Positions 20,998-36,720 of a DNA stretch of 64,000 bases are shown in pieces. Position 1 is the first letter of the stretch, and every line of letters begins with the position of its first letter. The notes below the pieces were generated by a model, which saw nothing but the letters and a program-made list of their open reading frames with translations, was not told the origin of the DNA and made no database searches. Made by a program: the position numbers and the translations under genes. The stretch is taken from positions 1-64,000 of the forward strand of contig CAVYHV010000006.1 in NCBI GenBank assembly GCA_963768425.1. The letters are read 5' to 3'. The DNA comes from Candidatus Bathyarchaeota archaeon. Lineage in GTDB: Archaea; Thermoproteota; Bathyarchaeia; Bathyarchaeales; Bathycorpusculaceae.

Positions 20998-22196
20998 TTG
21001 GCTAACACTTCTTCAGAAGCCAGCGGCTTTAACTCAAGCAAATCCGCCTTCACAACTCTGCTGCTTGTCGTTTTCCTAGACAACTTAGGCTTCGCAGTCG
21101 TCCTACCCTACCTGTACTTCTACGTTCTCGCACTAGGCGGTTCAGCTTTCCTTTACGGAGTGATTTTGGCTTCATACAGCCTGATGTCTTTTATTTTCAC
21201 ACCGGTTATTGCTCGCCTCAGCGACCGCTTTGGAAGAAGAAAAATCCTCATCATCGAGTTGGCCGTTGCCAGCTTAAGCTACTTCGTATTCGGGTTGGCA
21301 AACGCCGTGTGGGTGCTGTTTCTTGGAAGGATGCTTTCGGGAACAACAGGCGCCACCGTGCCCGTCGCGCAAGCTTACGTTGCCGATGTGACATCCCCCA
21401 ATCACAGGCTCAAATATCTAGGAATCATTAGCGCCGCGGCGGGTGTCGCATTCATTTTGGGTCCAGCAGTCGGCGGAACCTTAAGCGCATTTTTCGGCTA
21501 CGCAGTGCCGTCTTTCCTGGTTTCAGCGTTGGCTTTCTCCAACATGGTTCTGGCTTACTTCCGTCTGCCTGAACCGCGAAGTTTCAACATAAAAAAGACG
21601 GTTCTGCCATTCTCCGACTTATTAGCTGTTCTTAAGAAACGAAAAGTCGCGTTGCTCTTGACGATTTACTTTTTGTTTTTCGTCGCTTTTGTTTTCCTGC
21701 AGGCGGTGCTGTCGCCGTGGCTTAAAGCGGTCTTCGGGTTCGGTGCTCTGCAGACGGGGTTGATATTCTTCTTTTTCGGAGGCGTCAGCGCGTTGGTGCA
21801 GGGGTGTTTTTGCCCGCTCTTAACAAACGTTTCAGTCAACTTGCATTGGTACTGCTCAGTACCGGGGTTTTAACGGTGGGGCTTGTGGCTTTGGCTGCCT
21901 TTGAGAACCTTGGCTACGTGGTGGCGGTTGCCGCCTTCATCGCCTTCGGCTTCGGAATCGAGTACGTGACCCTTAACACGTTGATTTCCCTCAACACCCC
22001 CAAGGAAGCGCAGGGAGGAGCTTTAGGAGTTGCTTGGGCAATAGCCGGGCTAGCCCAAACCATCGCGCCTGTCTTAGCCACCGCCGCATTCTATCTGGGT
22101 TCAAATATCGGCTTTATCGGATTAGTCTTCATCATTTCCGGAGCAATCTCAGCCGCCACCATCCCGCTGGTCCTCACCTTCAAAAAAGCTGCGTAA
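20998..22196 (+). CDS. MFS transporter, DHA1/TetA-like (frameshift near 21805)
   Basis: Motif A LSDRFGRRK and GPAVGG; ORFs 20998 and 21804 are contiguous halves. Confidence 0.9.
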
Positions 22197-22412
22197 GAGT
22201 AGAAATGTGCTGTTCACAAGCGCACGAGGCGGCTGTTATTAAAGCTGCCCTTCAGGCTTGATGGCCATTTTCCTGCGGATTTCCTATCTTTCGCAGAGAA
22301 TTAGTCATTTTCCTCAACAATTGCCCTCTTTCATAGTGGGGTTTTGAGTGTTCCTATACGATTAGTCTTAAATTCATTGGGCAGATAGCTTTCAATTCCC
22401 TGATGAGACAAC

Positions 22413-23177
22413 ATGTCGAATTCGAAAGCAACCGATGAAAAAGCAGATTTCGCAAAAACAGCTGCAAAACTCAAGGAAGCGATGGCTTATAGAAACGCCC
22501 GCCGGTATGAGAGTGCTTTAAGAGCGATTGATGATGCTCTTTTGATTCAACCTGCCTCCGCTATTGCTTGGCTCACAAGGGGCGTGGTTTTAGCGGAGCT
22601 TGGCCGATGCAACGAGTCGCTGGCATGCTTCGACAGGCTGCTTGAGTTTGACCCGTCTTCTGCAGTTGCCTACCGATTGAAGGGCGGAACGTTTGAGATG
22701 CAGGGTTCTTACGGGAAAGCCGCCGAATGCTTCCTGCGGGCAGTCGATTTGGAACCGGGCAACGTGGATTTGTGGTTGAACTTGGCGAATTCTTACAAGA
22801 AACAGAAAAAATATGAAGACGCCCTAAAGGTTTACCAGCGAATGCTTGAACGTGAACCGCAAGACCCCAAAAACCAATATTATGTCGGTGTAGCGCTGGG
22901 GGATTTAGGCAAGTACGAAGAGGCAATAAGTTTTTTCGATGAAGCCCTAAGGCGAAAACCTGACTTTAGCGATGCAACCCTTGCGAAGGGATTTGTGTTG
23001 ACGAAGCTGGGCAGAAAAGATGAGGCGAAGCAGTGCACCGACAAACTATTGGAGGCAAAGAAGGAGCAGCCTGCGGATGCCAAGGGCCACGATTACGCTT
23101 CCATGAATGATTCTTGCAGAAGAGACTTCGAGGCGTCACAGCGAAAGTTCAAAGATAACTTTGCTCCGCCAAAATGA
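22413..23177 (+). CDS. Tetratricopeptide repeat protein
   Basis: About five TPR units (AW..RG..L..LGR..E...FD..L..DP). Confidence 0.88.
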   Translation: MSNSKATDEKADFAKTAAKLKEAMAYRNARRYESALRAIDDALLIQPASAIAWLTRGVVLAELGRCNESLACFDRLLEFDPSSAVAYRLKGGTFEMQGSYGKAAECFLRAVDLEPGNVDLWLNLANSYKKQKKYEDALKVYQRMLEREPQDPKNQYYVGVALGDLGKYEEAISFFDEALRRKPDFSDATLAKGFVLTKLGRKDEAKQCTDKLLEAKKEQPADAKGHDYASMNDSCRRDFEASQRKFKDNFAPPK

Positions 23178-23198
23178 AATGCCAAGCTGTTGGAGCGG

Positions 23199-27484
<4,286 letters not shown>

Positions 27485-27537
27485 TTTTGTACGTTAAAAA
27501 ACATGGAGTCAAAATTATTTAAGGGTTTAGCAACATT

Positions 27538-27552
27538 TATAACATCGTTATA
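27538..27552. promoter_or_regulatory. Sulfur-regulon palindrome TATAAC-ATC-GTTATA (cysS / tRNA-Cys divergent promoter)
   Basis: Perfect inverted repeat; the motif recurs five more times before sulfur genes. Confidence 0.7.
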
Positions 27553-27622
27553 CTGTTGAAATAACAACCAAAAAACGGAGCCCTCAATATTTTTATGAGG
27601 GAAACCCGCAATAGAAATCTCT

Positions 27623-27695
27623 GCTGGGGTGGCCGAACGGCTCAGGCGACAGCCTGCAGAGCTGTTATATGTGGGTTCAATTCCCATCCCCAGCT
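27623..27695 (+). tRNA. tRNA-Cys(GCA) copy 1 (CCA not encoded)
   Basis: GCTGGGG/CCCCAGC acceptor, ACAGC-CTGCAGA-GCTGT anticodon arm, U73. Confidence 0.95.
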
Positions 27696-27985
27696 CTTTT
27701 TCCGAGCCCTCTGCTTTCACGGGATGATTTAACGGTTTAATTGCGTTTCTTCAAAAGCTTTGCGTCGCCAATAGCATAGACATGTTCGAATCCGTTTTCA
27801 ATCAACTGGGTTGTTTAAGATTGTTTGAGCTTGAATTCTCAGGTTGAAGGGTGGAGAAACCCGAATTATCATGTGTCATTCTGTTTAAACTGAAGTTAGA
27901 TAATATCGAGAAAGTAGTTGAGGAAGCGTTACAATAAAAAGATGTTAGATGAATTGTTTAAATAGAAATTTATTATATCTTGGGT

Positions 27986-28977
27986 ATGCAAAAAATTGGG
28001 CAATTCAAGACCGCCTGGAATTTTTTTAACTATCTGGATGACGAGACATTTTTTGGCGGCGGCTTGGATATAACCAACAGGTGCAACCTCCACTGCACAC
28101 ATTGCTATTGGGGACGCCAGAAAAAGAACCCCGGAACTGAACGATGAGCAAATGATAGTTTTTATGAAAAGCCTCCGCCGAGATGGATTAAGAATAATTT
28201 ATCTTCTGGGGGGAGAGCCCCTTCTCACGGCCAAAAATATGTGCAGAAGCCGGCAAGATTTTTGACTTTACTCTGATTTTTACAAATGGCACATTGGGAT
28301 ATCCCCCGGTGAACAACGCCAGATATGCCCTTTCTATTGATGGACCGGAGGAGATTCATGACAGCATCCGCGGAAAGGGAACATTTCAGAAGGTAACTGA
28401 GATACTGGATAAACAATCAACAAAGGTTATGATTCATGTTACCGTTTGTAAGTCGAACAAAGATCATTTGAAGGAAATAGTTGAAGACTTCATCTACCGG
28501 AAAAATGTCAGGGGAATATACTTTTGTTTCTTTTGTCCAAGCGTGAAACAGGATGGTAACAAGGAAAAGATTTCTTTGCAAGAAAGGGACAGGGTGATAG
28601 ATGAAATCGTCAATTTCCGCAAAAGGTATGGCAGCAAGATATTTTTTACGGAACGTGTTGGTCACTACATGAAAAGTGATGGCGGTATTGGATGCTGGAA
28701 CTCCCTTGAAAAGTGCATAACCAAGAAAGTGTTCAAGTTCTATGCTGCGGATGGAAAATACAAATACCACTGCGCCTATGGTGCAGAAGCGGAGTGTATG
28801 CATTGTGGCTGTAGCCAGGTTCCGTTAATGCATGCGTTGAGGGACAGAGATTTTGAGTCATGCGTGATGGTGTATCGTGATTATTGGGGGCTTCCTTATC
28901 ATAACGATTTTATTGTCAACTCTGTGCTAAAACTCAAAGCAGGGAAATCGAGGATTGGAGATGAACCGAAAGAGTAG
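27986..28977 (+). CDS. Radical SAM protein A (frameshifted)
   Basis: ITNRCNLHCTHCY, GGEP, SIDGPEEIHDSIRG and C-terminal C...CMHCGC. Confidence 0.85.
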
Positions 28978-29860
28978 ATGGTATTATTATCAGCGGGAAT
29001 TGAATTGGAAACTGCTTAGGGACAGGTCACCTATTGTTGCGGCAATTAAAATAACGCAAAGGTGCAATCTGCATTGCACGCACTGCACTTGGAGCAATAA
29101 GATAACCAAAGATTTGTCAGTGGCAGAATGGAAGGGTATCATTGACGATCTGTATGATAAAGGTGTGTCTGCCATGGCAATCGAGGGCGGCGAGCCAACT
29201 CTGTATAATGGAATAAAAGAGATTGTGGAATATATAAAATCAAAAAACATGTTTGTTATTTTCATAACAAACGGAACTCAGGATATTTCTGGAATATATC
29301 CTGATGTCTTTTGGATTTCCATAGACGGAATGGAAAAATCAGACAATAAGATCAGGGGTGCTGGTCACTTTGAAAAGGCAACAGAGACAATAAGGAAGAA
29401 CCGCGATAAGAAAATAATTGTCCTTTCAACTATATCAAAAACAAACTCGGATGATATTGAGGCTATGTGCAAATATTTTTCTGATTCAAGTCCCGTGTTT
29501 GGTTTGATGTTCAATTTTGAATACCAATATTGCGACATTGAGGATGTTGCGTTGGATGCCGAGCAAAGGGCGAAGGTTGCAGAGAATATAATTGGTTTGA
29601 AAAATAAATACCCGAAAGTTCTAAGTTCAGTGTCATATCTTCGGACAGTCGGCAAAAATAAGAAATGTTACCCGTGGCTTCTTGTTTCTGTGACGGCTGA
29701 CGGTAAACAGAGAAACGACTGCATGGTGAGGCATATAGAGGAAGATGATTGCTCGAAGTGTGATATGTGTTGTTATGGCGAGCTGTCGAGAATGTATGAG
29801 ATGAAATGGGATACTGCAATGTTTTGGTCGAAGAACGTGGGCCTTCCAAAACTAATATGA
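28961..29860 (+). CDS. Radical SAM protein B
   Basis: TQRCNLHCTHC, EGGEPT, ITNGT, SIDG and C-terminal C...C...CSKCDMCC. Confidence 0.9.
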   Translation: MNRKSRWYYYQRELNWKLLRDRSPIVAAIKITQRCNLHCTHCTWSNKITKDLSVAEWKGIIDDLYDKGVSAMAIEGGEPTLYNGIKEIVEYIKSKNMFVIFITNGTQDISGIYPDVFWISIDGMEKSDNKIRGAGHFEKATETIRKNRDKKIIVLSTISKTNSDDIEAMCKYFSDSSPVFGLMFNFEYQYCDIEDVALDAEQRAKVAENIIGLKNKYPKVLSSVSYLRTVGKNKKCYPWLLVSVTADGKQRNDCMVRHIEEDDCSKCDMCCYGELSRMYEMKWDTAMFWSKNVGLPKLI

Positions 29861-29862
29861 TC

Positions 29863-29995
29863 TGGCTGTTAGGTCATAAGAAGTTTGAGAACACTTCAGT
29901 CTATACTCGTCTTATATTTTTCAACTTTATTGATTATATTTTGTGAAATAGCTAAAAATTTGGAAGAAGCAACCGCACTTATTGACGCTAAATAG
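29863..29995 (+). pseudogene. Tyrosine recombinase/integrase C-terminal remnant
   Basis: Translates WLLGHKKFENTSVYTRLI (LGH...T..Y catalytic box II), then EIAKNLEEATALIDAK; no N-terminal part is present. Confidence 0.75.
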
Positions 29996-30374
29996 TTCTA
30001 GTGCACGTAGTCTCGACTAATCATAGTTTAACTGTTGCTTAGAAGGGTCATCACCAAAAGTGATAGTGCCTCTCTATAGTAACCATCAATCGTTTGGATG
30101 ATGGAAAATGGGATTGACAAGCTCCATGCTTTCAGTACTGCAAAAAAGTCGGCGTAACTGTAGGCTTGAAAACTGCGCTATTTTCTTAGGCATTGAACCC
30201 AAAGGCTTATGGAGGCATCAACATGCAACCAACCTCTGTAAACCATAAACGGGCAAAGGGAATCGAACCTCAATTCAAAAGCTCATAGCCAGCTCTTTTT
30301 TCGTAAAGAAATCTTTTCAACATTACTTTGAAGGACTAAAAAAAGGGAAGGATTTTTTATTTTGTGACTTTAGT

Positions 30375-33076
30375 TTACGGTTTTTTCTGAGCATTATCAT
30401 TGCGAGTGCGGCGATTCCCACGATTATTATCACGATTATTGCAATTCCTATGTACATGACGGCGTTTTGTGTTGCTACCCCGGTAAGTGGTGTTGCTGTG
30501 GGTGCTGCTGTTGCTGCGGGTGAGCTGGCGTAGAATCCTGTGGAGGCTGTGGATCCGTAGTATGATTGTGTGCCTGCAAATGTAGCGTATACTGTATAGT
30601 TGCCTGTGATGTCAGGTGTCCAGTAAATGAGTAGTCGCCTAAACCGTTTGTAGTTGTTGTGCCTATTGTTCGGTAGTTACCGTTGGAATCTATGACCGTA
30701 AATGTCACTGGAACCCCAGTTATATCGTGTGGCATTGGCTGCTGTTCGTAGACTGCTTCCATGAACGGTGTCATGCTTGCGTCGGATACGCATGGTAAGT
30801 CCGTTGGGGAAGTTTGCTGCGACTGCCTTTTGTGATGCGCCTGCGGAGATGTCCGTTACTGAGCCCGTTATGGTTATCGGAGTGGAAGTTGTAACGCCAA
30901 CATCTGGTGCGGTAATAGTGGTTTTGCTTGGTCCCATGCCGAAACCGTATATCTGATTGTCATAGTCATTAATCGTCGTCATTATACCGTCTGAAATTGC
31001 CGGGGCACTCGTAATGTCGAAACCCAATATGCTCCATACCAGTTTCCCATTAGTGCAGTTTACTGCGAGTTCACTAGATCCGCGGAATAGTGGGGGACTG
31101 TACATGTGCCCTTCTGGAACGAATAGCACTCCATCAGCGAGAGAGCCGCAGGTGAATGTCCATAGTGGCCATACTCCATAAGGAGTGTTGGACCCAGCGG
31201 GACCAGATAGTGTGTTAGTGTTTGTCTGCCATGCGATTGCTCCTGTTGCCATGTTGATGGCCCATATGTCGCCTCCGAAGCCCCACAAGTAAAGTACTCC
31301 ATTTGCAAGAACCGCTTGATAGCCGCCGATGCTGTCATAGGGATTAGCGTTGCCAAGGTTTGTTGTCCATAGATTCGTCCCTGTTGTCAAACTGTAACCA
31401 ACAAGTGTGGACGTCTCTTCGTTAACTACGGCGTAGGCTCCATCTCCAACTGCCGCAATAGATATCCTTGAGAACGGGGTTTCTGTCCTATTAGTTATCC
31501 ATATTTGTGCTCCCGTGTTTGCGTTGTAGCCTGCTTCAATTTGGAAGCCAGACTGGAAGAATTGTTCTCCCGTGTAGCCTGCATCAGTCATAAGTATGAC
31601 GCCGCTGTTGATTGACGAAATCGCCAAAGTTCCAGGTAAAGCCGAAGCCGATGGTAAAGCAACACCATTAAGAGATGTAGGTAGTGGCACTGTCCACATT
31701 AATCCAGCTGAGAATTGAATAGTGGATCCCAATACAGGCCTCCAAGACCAATTTTGGTAGCCTGGGGCTTGACCATTAGGGTACAGAATTGCTTGTGTCG
31801 AATTCCACATATTCAATGTTGGTGCACTTGGATTAGTAGCGTTGACATAGTAGCCAATCAGGTCTCCACTTTGATCTTCAATCATCGTCAGTGGTGCAAG
31901 TCCGGATGCGGCAGGCGCGTTGACAATGGTGAGTATAGGTTCTCCAGTCATGGCATCTAGCATTCCATACGTTGCTCCAGTGTTTGGGGGTATTGTAGGT
32001 TCTTGGACCCAGAGGTAAGATAAGCTTCCATACTGATTGGGAGACACATAATCGTAAATTTGACCGCATCTAAGTGTGGTTGTGTAAGGTACTGCGCCTG
32101 AAGTTGTTAAGCCTCCCGAGGTTTCAAGTAAACCCTGTTGCAGAAGTGGCACCGTGTAATTAAGACCAGTATCAGTCCATAATGTTTGTCCAGTCTGTAA
32201 GTTTACTGCGGTAATGCCTGCTGGATCTTGGTTAGAGTTCGGGTACTCTGTGTAGTAGAGAATTCCACTTATGATTACTGGTGCAAATTTCGGTTCATAT
32301 TGTGACGTCGAGTAGAAATTGCTAGTGTCGGATCCGCCGAATTCTCCTCCAACTAAGCCTCCGAAAGCCTCAGGCTTTGTCCAAAGGATGTGAGCGGTTG
32401 TTGGCGCTGTAGTGTAGGGGTTATAATTTCCGGTGATATTGTACTCTCCTGTGTTGGCAAAGGTTGATGTGCCTAAACCAAGCCAGTTTCCGCTAATAGT
32501 ATACCATTCGTCGTTCACTGATTCTATTGGGCGACTCCAGTAACTTGTCGGAAGTGGATTTTGGGGGATTGCTGCTACTGGAGTTTGTTGCACTACAAGG
32601 GTGTATGATAGGCTAGTGCTTGGTTCATAATAATCACCGATGAATGCCTTTGTTGCTGCAGTTGTGGTGGAAATCAGATTATTTCCTGCTAATGTCTGTC
32701 CCGGGAAGCTCATCTGGAAAGTGTAGTTACCGGTTTGAGTTGGTGTATAATCTGTATGGGTTCCTCCTGTATCATCAGCTGTAAACGTTCCAAGTTTAGA
32801 GGTGGTTCCATCAGGCAGCTTTACTGTTACTGACAAGCCGGTCCACCTGTCGCCGTAAACGCCGCTTGCTGTTGGTGTCGGTAAACCGAGCCAGAAGCCA
32901 ACGTTGACTGTTTGGCCAATTCCTGCAGGGTTAGGATTTACTTCAATGTAGGCGTATGTTGGAATCTGCCATGGTGGCGAATGCGCATTTGCGTTTGGTA
33001 TTAATAGCATTGAACCTGTCATAGAAAGTATAAAGAATATGCTAATTGCTATAGCTGCAATTTTGTTTTTCAACAT
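30375..33076 (-). CDS. Large secreted PQQ-like beta-propeller surface protein with TM anchor (frameshifts near 30790, 30620 and at the 3' end)
   Basis: Signal peptide; PNPAGIGQTV, PLPTSYWSRPI, HILWTKP, TG..LW repeats; paralog of 1-696. Confidence 0.85.
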
Positions 33077-33343
33077 TTTTCTTTTTTCTCCTAAATTTTT
33101 AGCGCTGAGAAGAAGCATAGAAACGCCTCTTCCCCGAGCTCGCACCATCTTTGCCCTTTTTGATATAAATAATTTGGCTAATTCACACGGCGCGATCTAG
33201 AGCGAATAAAGGCAATTTTCCATTTAGAAAGATAAAAAAATTAATGAAATACTGCGGTTTTACTTCAAAAAACGACCTTCACCAAACTAAATCTGATGAC
33301 TAAAGGAGAAGGGAAGTTGTGCAAGTGATTGTTCACATCAATA

Positions 33344-33370
33344 TGGGTTCAATTCCATTCCCCAGCTCCA
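33344..33370 (+). repeat. attR-like copy of the tRNA-Cys 3' end, retaining CCA
   Basis: tgggttcaattccattccccagctcca versus tgggttcaattcccatccccagctc at 27672-27696. Confidence 0.85.
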
Positions 33371-33390
33371 TATCCATAGAAACCGAAAGC

Positions 33391-33990
33391 TTAGCTTTTT
33401 CTGGAGAGCAAAAAGAAACCATATTCCCCAAACAGGTTCGGCAGAAAACGCACTTGTCTTTTGCCGGACTTGACGAAGGCGTTTTCAATGTGGATGTCTT
33501 TGTTCTTGCAGTAGTCCCTGAAGTCGTTTAAGCTGAGGAAATGCAGGTTCGGCGTGTTGTACCATTGATATGGGAGTGCTGCGGTGACGGGGACGCGTCC
33601 TTTGAAGAATATTTCGGCTCTGGCTTTGTAGTATGCGAAGTTGGGGATGCCAACTATGGTTTTTTTGCCTACCCGAAGCGCTTCTTGTAAGGCGAAATCG
33701 GGTTTTTTCACTTGCTGTAGAGTCTGGTTTAAGATGACGTAGTCGAAGGAATTGTCTTCATATTCGGAGAGTCCTGTATCGATATCCTGCTGGAAAACGC
33801 TTAACCCTTCGGCGACACATCGAACAATAGCCTGCTCGCTGAGTTCAATGCCTTGGGCACGCACATGTTTTTTCCGTATTAGGAACGAAAGGAGTTCTCC
33901 GTCTCCGCATCCGAGATCCAGCACTGATGCACCGTCAAAAATCCAGTCAGCGAAGGCTCTGTATTCAATTCTGTCAGCGAGCTGCGTCAT
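33391..33990 (-). CDS. metW: Methionine biosynthesis protein MetW
   Basis: [24 protein letters not shown]; directly downstream of metX. Confidence 0.93.
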   Translation of the reverse strand: MTQLADRIEYRAFADWIFDGASVLDLGCGDGELLSFLIRKKHVRAQGIELSEQAIVRCVAEGLSVFQQDIDTGLSEYEDNSFDYVILNQTLQQVKKPDFALQEALRVGKKTIVGIPNFAYYKARAEIFFKGRVPVTAALPYQWYNTPNLHFLSLNDFRDYCKNKDIHIENAFVKSGKRQVRFLPNLFGEYGFFLLSRKS

Positions 33991-35131
33991 TGTTGCTGCT
34001 CCTTGTATTGTTGTTGTAAACGCTCTTCAAGAAATTCCCAACTAATTGTGCCTCTTGCTCTGTTTCCAGAAGGAAGGCATCGTGACCATAAGTCGAGTTG
34101 AATTCACAGTAGCTTGCGTCAACGCCTGCCAGTTTGCAAGCCTTCACTATCTCCTGTGACTGGTATGATGGGTAGAGCCAATCCGACTTAAATGCGAGAA
34201 CAAGCACTTTTGTTTGCAACCCTCTGAAGATGTCTCCGAGGTTGTGCCCGTTTAAGATGTTGAAGTAATCTATGGCTTTGGTTATGTACAGGTAGCTGTT
34301 TGCATCAAATCTCTTGACAAAGTTGTCGCCTCGGTAGCGAAGGTAACCTTCAACCTCGAAATCCACGCCGAACTTGAACGCAGCTTTCTCTTCCTTGAAT
34401 TTTCGACCGAACTTTTCAGCCATTGAAGCATCGCTCATGTAGGTTATGTGTCCAATCATTCTTGCTATGGCTAACCCTTTAGCAGGAATGCTGCAGCCGT
34501 AGTAGTTGCCATCTCGCCAGTCGGGATCAGCCATGACCGCTTGCCTGCCAACCTCGTTGAAAGCGATCTGCTGAGGCGTATGCTTCATCGTCGTCGCAAT
34601 AGGTATTGCGGCTCGAATCCTTTGGGGGTAAGAAACCATCCACTGCAAAACCTGCATACCGCCCATGGAGCCCCCGATTACAGCTAAAAGCTTCTCTATT
34701 CCTAAGTGGTCAATGAGGTGACGCTGCGCATTAACCATGTCTTTGATAGTTATCAGTGGGAAATCGATACCGTAGGGTTTACCCGTTTTATGGTTTATTG
34801 AAGATGGTCCAGTGGAACCCCTGCAGCCGCCTAGAATATTGCTGCAGATCACAAAGTACTTGTTAGTGTCGACACCCATGCCTTCACCGATAAGATTGTT
34901 CCACCAACCGCCGGATCCGGTGACATGGGCATCACCGCTGAGCGCGTGCAAAACGAGGATGGCGTTGGATTTATCTTTGTTGAGTGTGCCGAAAGTTTCG
35001 TACGTGAGTGTTATTGGACCAAGGGTCTCGCCTGATTCAAGAATAAGCTCTGCTGGGGGTTGTGCAAAAGTGAAGGTTTGGGTTTGTGAATTTTCCAGTT
35101 TGCTTATCCTTGTGAACTTGTTTGCCTCCAA
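33974..35131 (-). CDS. metX: Homoserine O-acetyltransferase
   Basis: Motifs HALSGD, GSTGPSS, GGSMGG, RFDANSY, GHDAFL. Confidence 0.95.
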   Translation of the reverse strand: MEANKFTRISKLENSQTQTFTFAQPPAELILESGETLGPITLTYETFGTLNKDKSNAILVLHALSGDAHVTGSGGWWNNLIGEGMGVDTNKYFVICSNILGGCRGSTGPSSINHKTGKPYGIDFPLITIKDMVNAQRHLIDHLGIEKLLAVIGGSMGGMQVLQWMVSYPQRIRAAIPIATTMKHTPQQIAFNEVGRQAVMADPDWRDGNYYGCSIPAKGLAIARMIGHITYMSDASMAEKFGRKFKEEKAAFKFGVDFEVEGYLRYRGDNFVKRFDANSYLYITKAIDYFNILNGHNLGDIFRGLQTKVLVLAFKSDWLYPSYQSQEIVKACKLAGVDASYCEFNSTYGHDAFLLETEQEAQLVGNFLKSVYNNNTRSSNNDAAR

Positions 35132-35150
35132 AAATTAGGGGGAATGCAGC

Positions 35151-35165
35151 TATAACGCTGCTATA
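35151..35165. promoter_or_regulatory. Sulfur-regulon palindrome TATAAC-GCT-GCTATA before metX
   Basis: One mismatch to ATAAC-N3-GTTAT. Confidence 0.55.
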
Positions 35166-35168
35166 GAT

Positions 35169-36473
35169 TTAAGGTTTCGCCGATGCTTTCAATGCTTTAT
35201 CCAAATCTTCGATGATGTCCTCTGGGTCTTCGATGCCTACAGATAACCTGATGTAATCCTCCGTGACTCCTGTTGCCTCCTGTTCTGCCTTGGTTAGTTG
35301 CTGGTGGGTTGTAGATGCCGGGTGAACGATTAGGCTCTTTGTGTCGCCGATGTTTGCCAAGTGCGAAAGAAGCTTCACTGACTCGATGAGTTTGCGTGCT
35401 GAATCTTTGCCGCCTTTGATTCCAAAGCCAACCAGACCGCCATAGTTGCCTTTGAGGTATTTTTCCGCGATCTTGTGGTTTGGATTGTCAGTCAAGCCCG
35501 GATAGATGACCCAACTTACAAGCGGATGCTGCTTTAGGAATTGTGCGACTTTTAAGGCGTTTTCGGAGTGTTTGCGTTGTCTGAGTGGCAGTGTTTCTAT
35601 GCCTTGCAGGAAAAGCCAGGAGTTGAATGGGCTCAATGCGGGACCTAAATCTCTTAGCAGTTGGAGGCGTACTTTGAAGATGAAGGCTACGTTTCCTAAG
35701 CTTGGGAAGTTGCTGAATTTATCCCAATATTTGATGCCGTGGTAGCTAGGGTCTGGTTCGGTGAACTCTGGGAATTTGCCGTTGTTCCAGTTGAATTTGC
35801 CGCCGTCAACGATTATGCCGCCTAAGCTGGTTCCATGTCCACCGATGTACTTGGTTGCTGATGCTACGATTATGTCGGCTCCGTATTCGAGGGGTCTGAC
35901 AATCCCTATGCCTACCGTGTTGTCGACCACGAGAGGTATGCCTGCATCATGCGCTATTTTAGAGAGGGCTTCAAAGTCGGGAACATCAAGTTTTGGGTTG
36001 CCTATTGTTTCAGCGTAGATCGCCCGGGTCTTGGAAGTTATGGCTTTCTTGAACTCTTCCGGTTTTTGGGAATCAACGAACTTCACAGATCTACCTAGTT
36101 TTGGAAAAGTGTAGTGGAAAAGCTGGTACGTTCCGCCGTAAAGGTTGTTTGCCGAGACGATTTCATCCCCGACGCGGGTTATCGCTAGTAGCGCTAAGGT
36201 TTCAGCTGCTTGTCCAGAGGCTACTGCCAACGCGCCCGTGCCGCCTTCAATGGCTGCTACGCGTCTTTCGAAGACATCGGTTGTCGGATTCATCAATCTG
36301 GTATATATGTTCCCCAGCTCTTTTAGGGCGAAAAGATTCGCCGCATGATCGGTATTTTTAAAGACATATGAAGTCGTCTGGTAGATCGGAACGGCCCTTG
36401 ACCCTGTTGTTGGGTCAGGTATTTCTTGACCAGAGTGGACTGCTACTGTGTCTAATCTTCTTTTTGAGGTCAT
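35169..36473 (-). CDS. metY: O-acetylhomoserine/O-acetylserine sulfhydrylase
   Basis: Motifs [41 protein letters not shown]. Confidence 0.95.
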   Translation of the reverse strand: MTSKRRLDTVAVHSGQEIPDPTTGSRAVPIYQTTSYVFKNTDHAANLFALKELGNIYTRLMNPTTDVFERRVAAIEGGTGALAVASGQAAETLALLAITRVGDEIVSANNLYGGTYQLFHYTFPKLGRSVKFVDSQKPEEFKKAITSKTRAIYAETIGNPKLDVPDFEALSKIAHDAGIPLVVDNTVGIGIVRPLEYGADIIVASATKYIGGHGTSLGGIIVDGGKFNWNNGKFPEFTEPDPSYHGIKYWDKFSNFPSLGNVAFIFKVRLQLLRDLGPALSPFNSWLFLQGIETLPLRQRKHSENALKVAQFLKQHPLVSWVIYPGLTDNPNHKIAEKYLKGNYGGLVGFGIKGGKDSARKLIESVKLLSHLANIGDTKSLIVHPASTTHQQLTKAEQEATGVTEDYIRLSVGIEDPEDIIEDLDKALKASAKP

Positions 36474-36523
36474 TCTTTAATTGCTCCTTTGAATTTTTTA
36501 TTTTTGATTAACAACAACATCTA

Positions 36524-36536
36524 ATAACGCCGTTAT
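36524..36536. promoter_or_regulatory. Sulfur-regulon palindrome ATAAC-GCC-GTTAT before metY
   Basis: Perfect motif about 50 nt upstream of the metY start. Confidence 0.7.
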
Positions 36537-36683
36537 ATGCCTTCTTGCAAGAAATATTCCAACAAGAATATGTCTCAATCAAACATCAACCCACCTCCAT
36601 CATTAGAGATGATTCCCCTAAAACCACAGCCACAATAGTTTGCGTCGGAGTGCAAAGGTTTTTTAGTGGTGGCTCACACAAAA

Positions 36684-36698
36684 AATAACGCTGTTATT
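36684..36698. promoter_or_regulatory. Sulfur-regulon palindrome AATAAC-GCT-GTTATT before the ThiI-like gene
   Basis: Perfect motif overlapping TATA-like TTATATG. Confidence 0.7.
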
Positions 36699-36720
36699 AT
36701 ATGCTCTTGGGGATAAATAA

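Larger units (their letters stand above)
27696..33370. mobile_element. Decayed integrative island at tRNA-Cys
   Basis: The tRNA 3' end is repeated at 33344-33370 (tgggttcaattccattccccagctcca); internal integrase remnant; accessory cargo. Confidence 0.8.

Noticed and set aside
30250-30270. tRNA T-arm-like fragment cgggcaaagggaatcgaacct
   Set aside because: Short, with no CCA end and no match to tRNAs in the window; may be chance.
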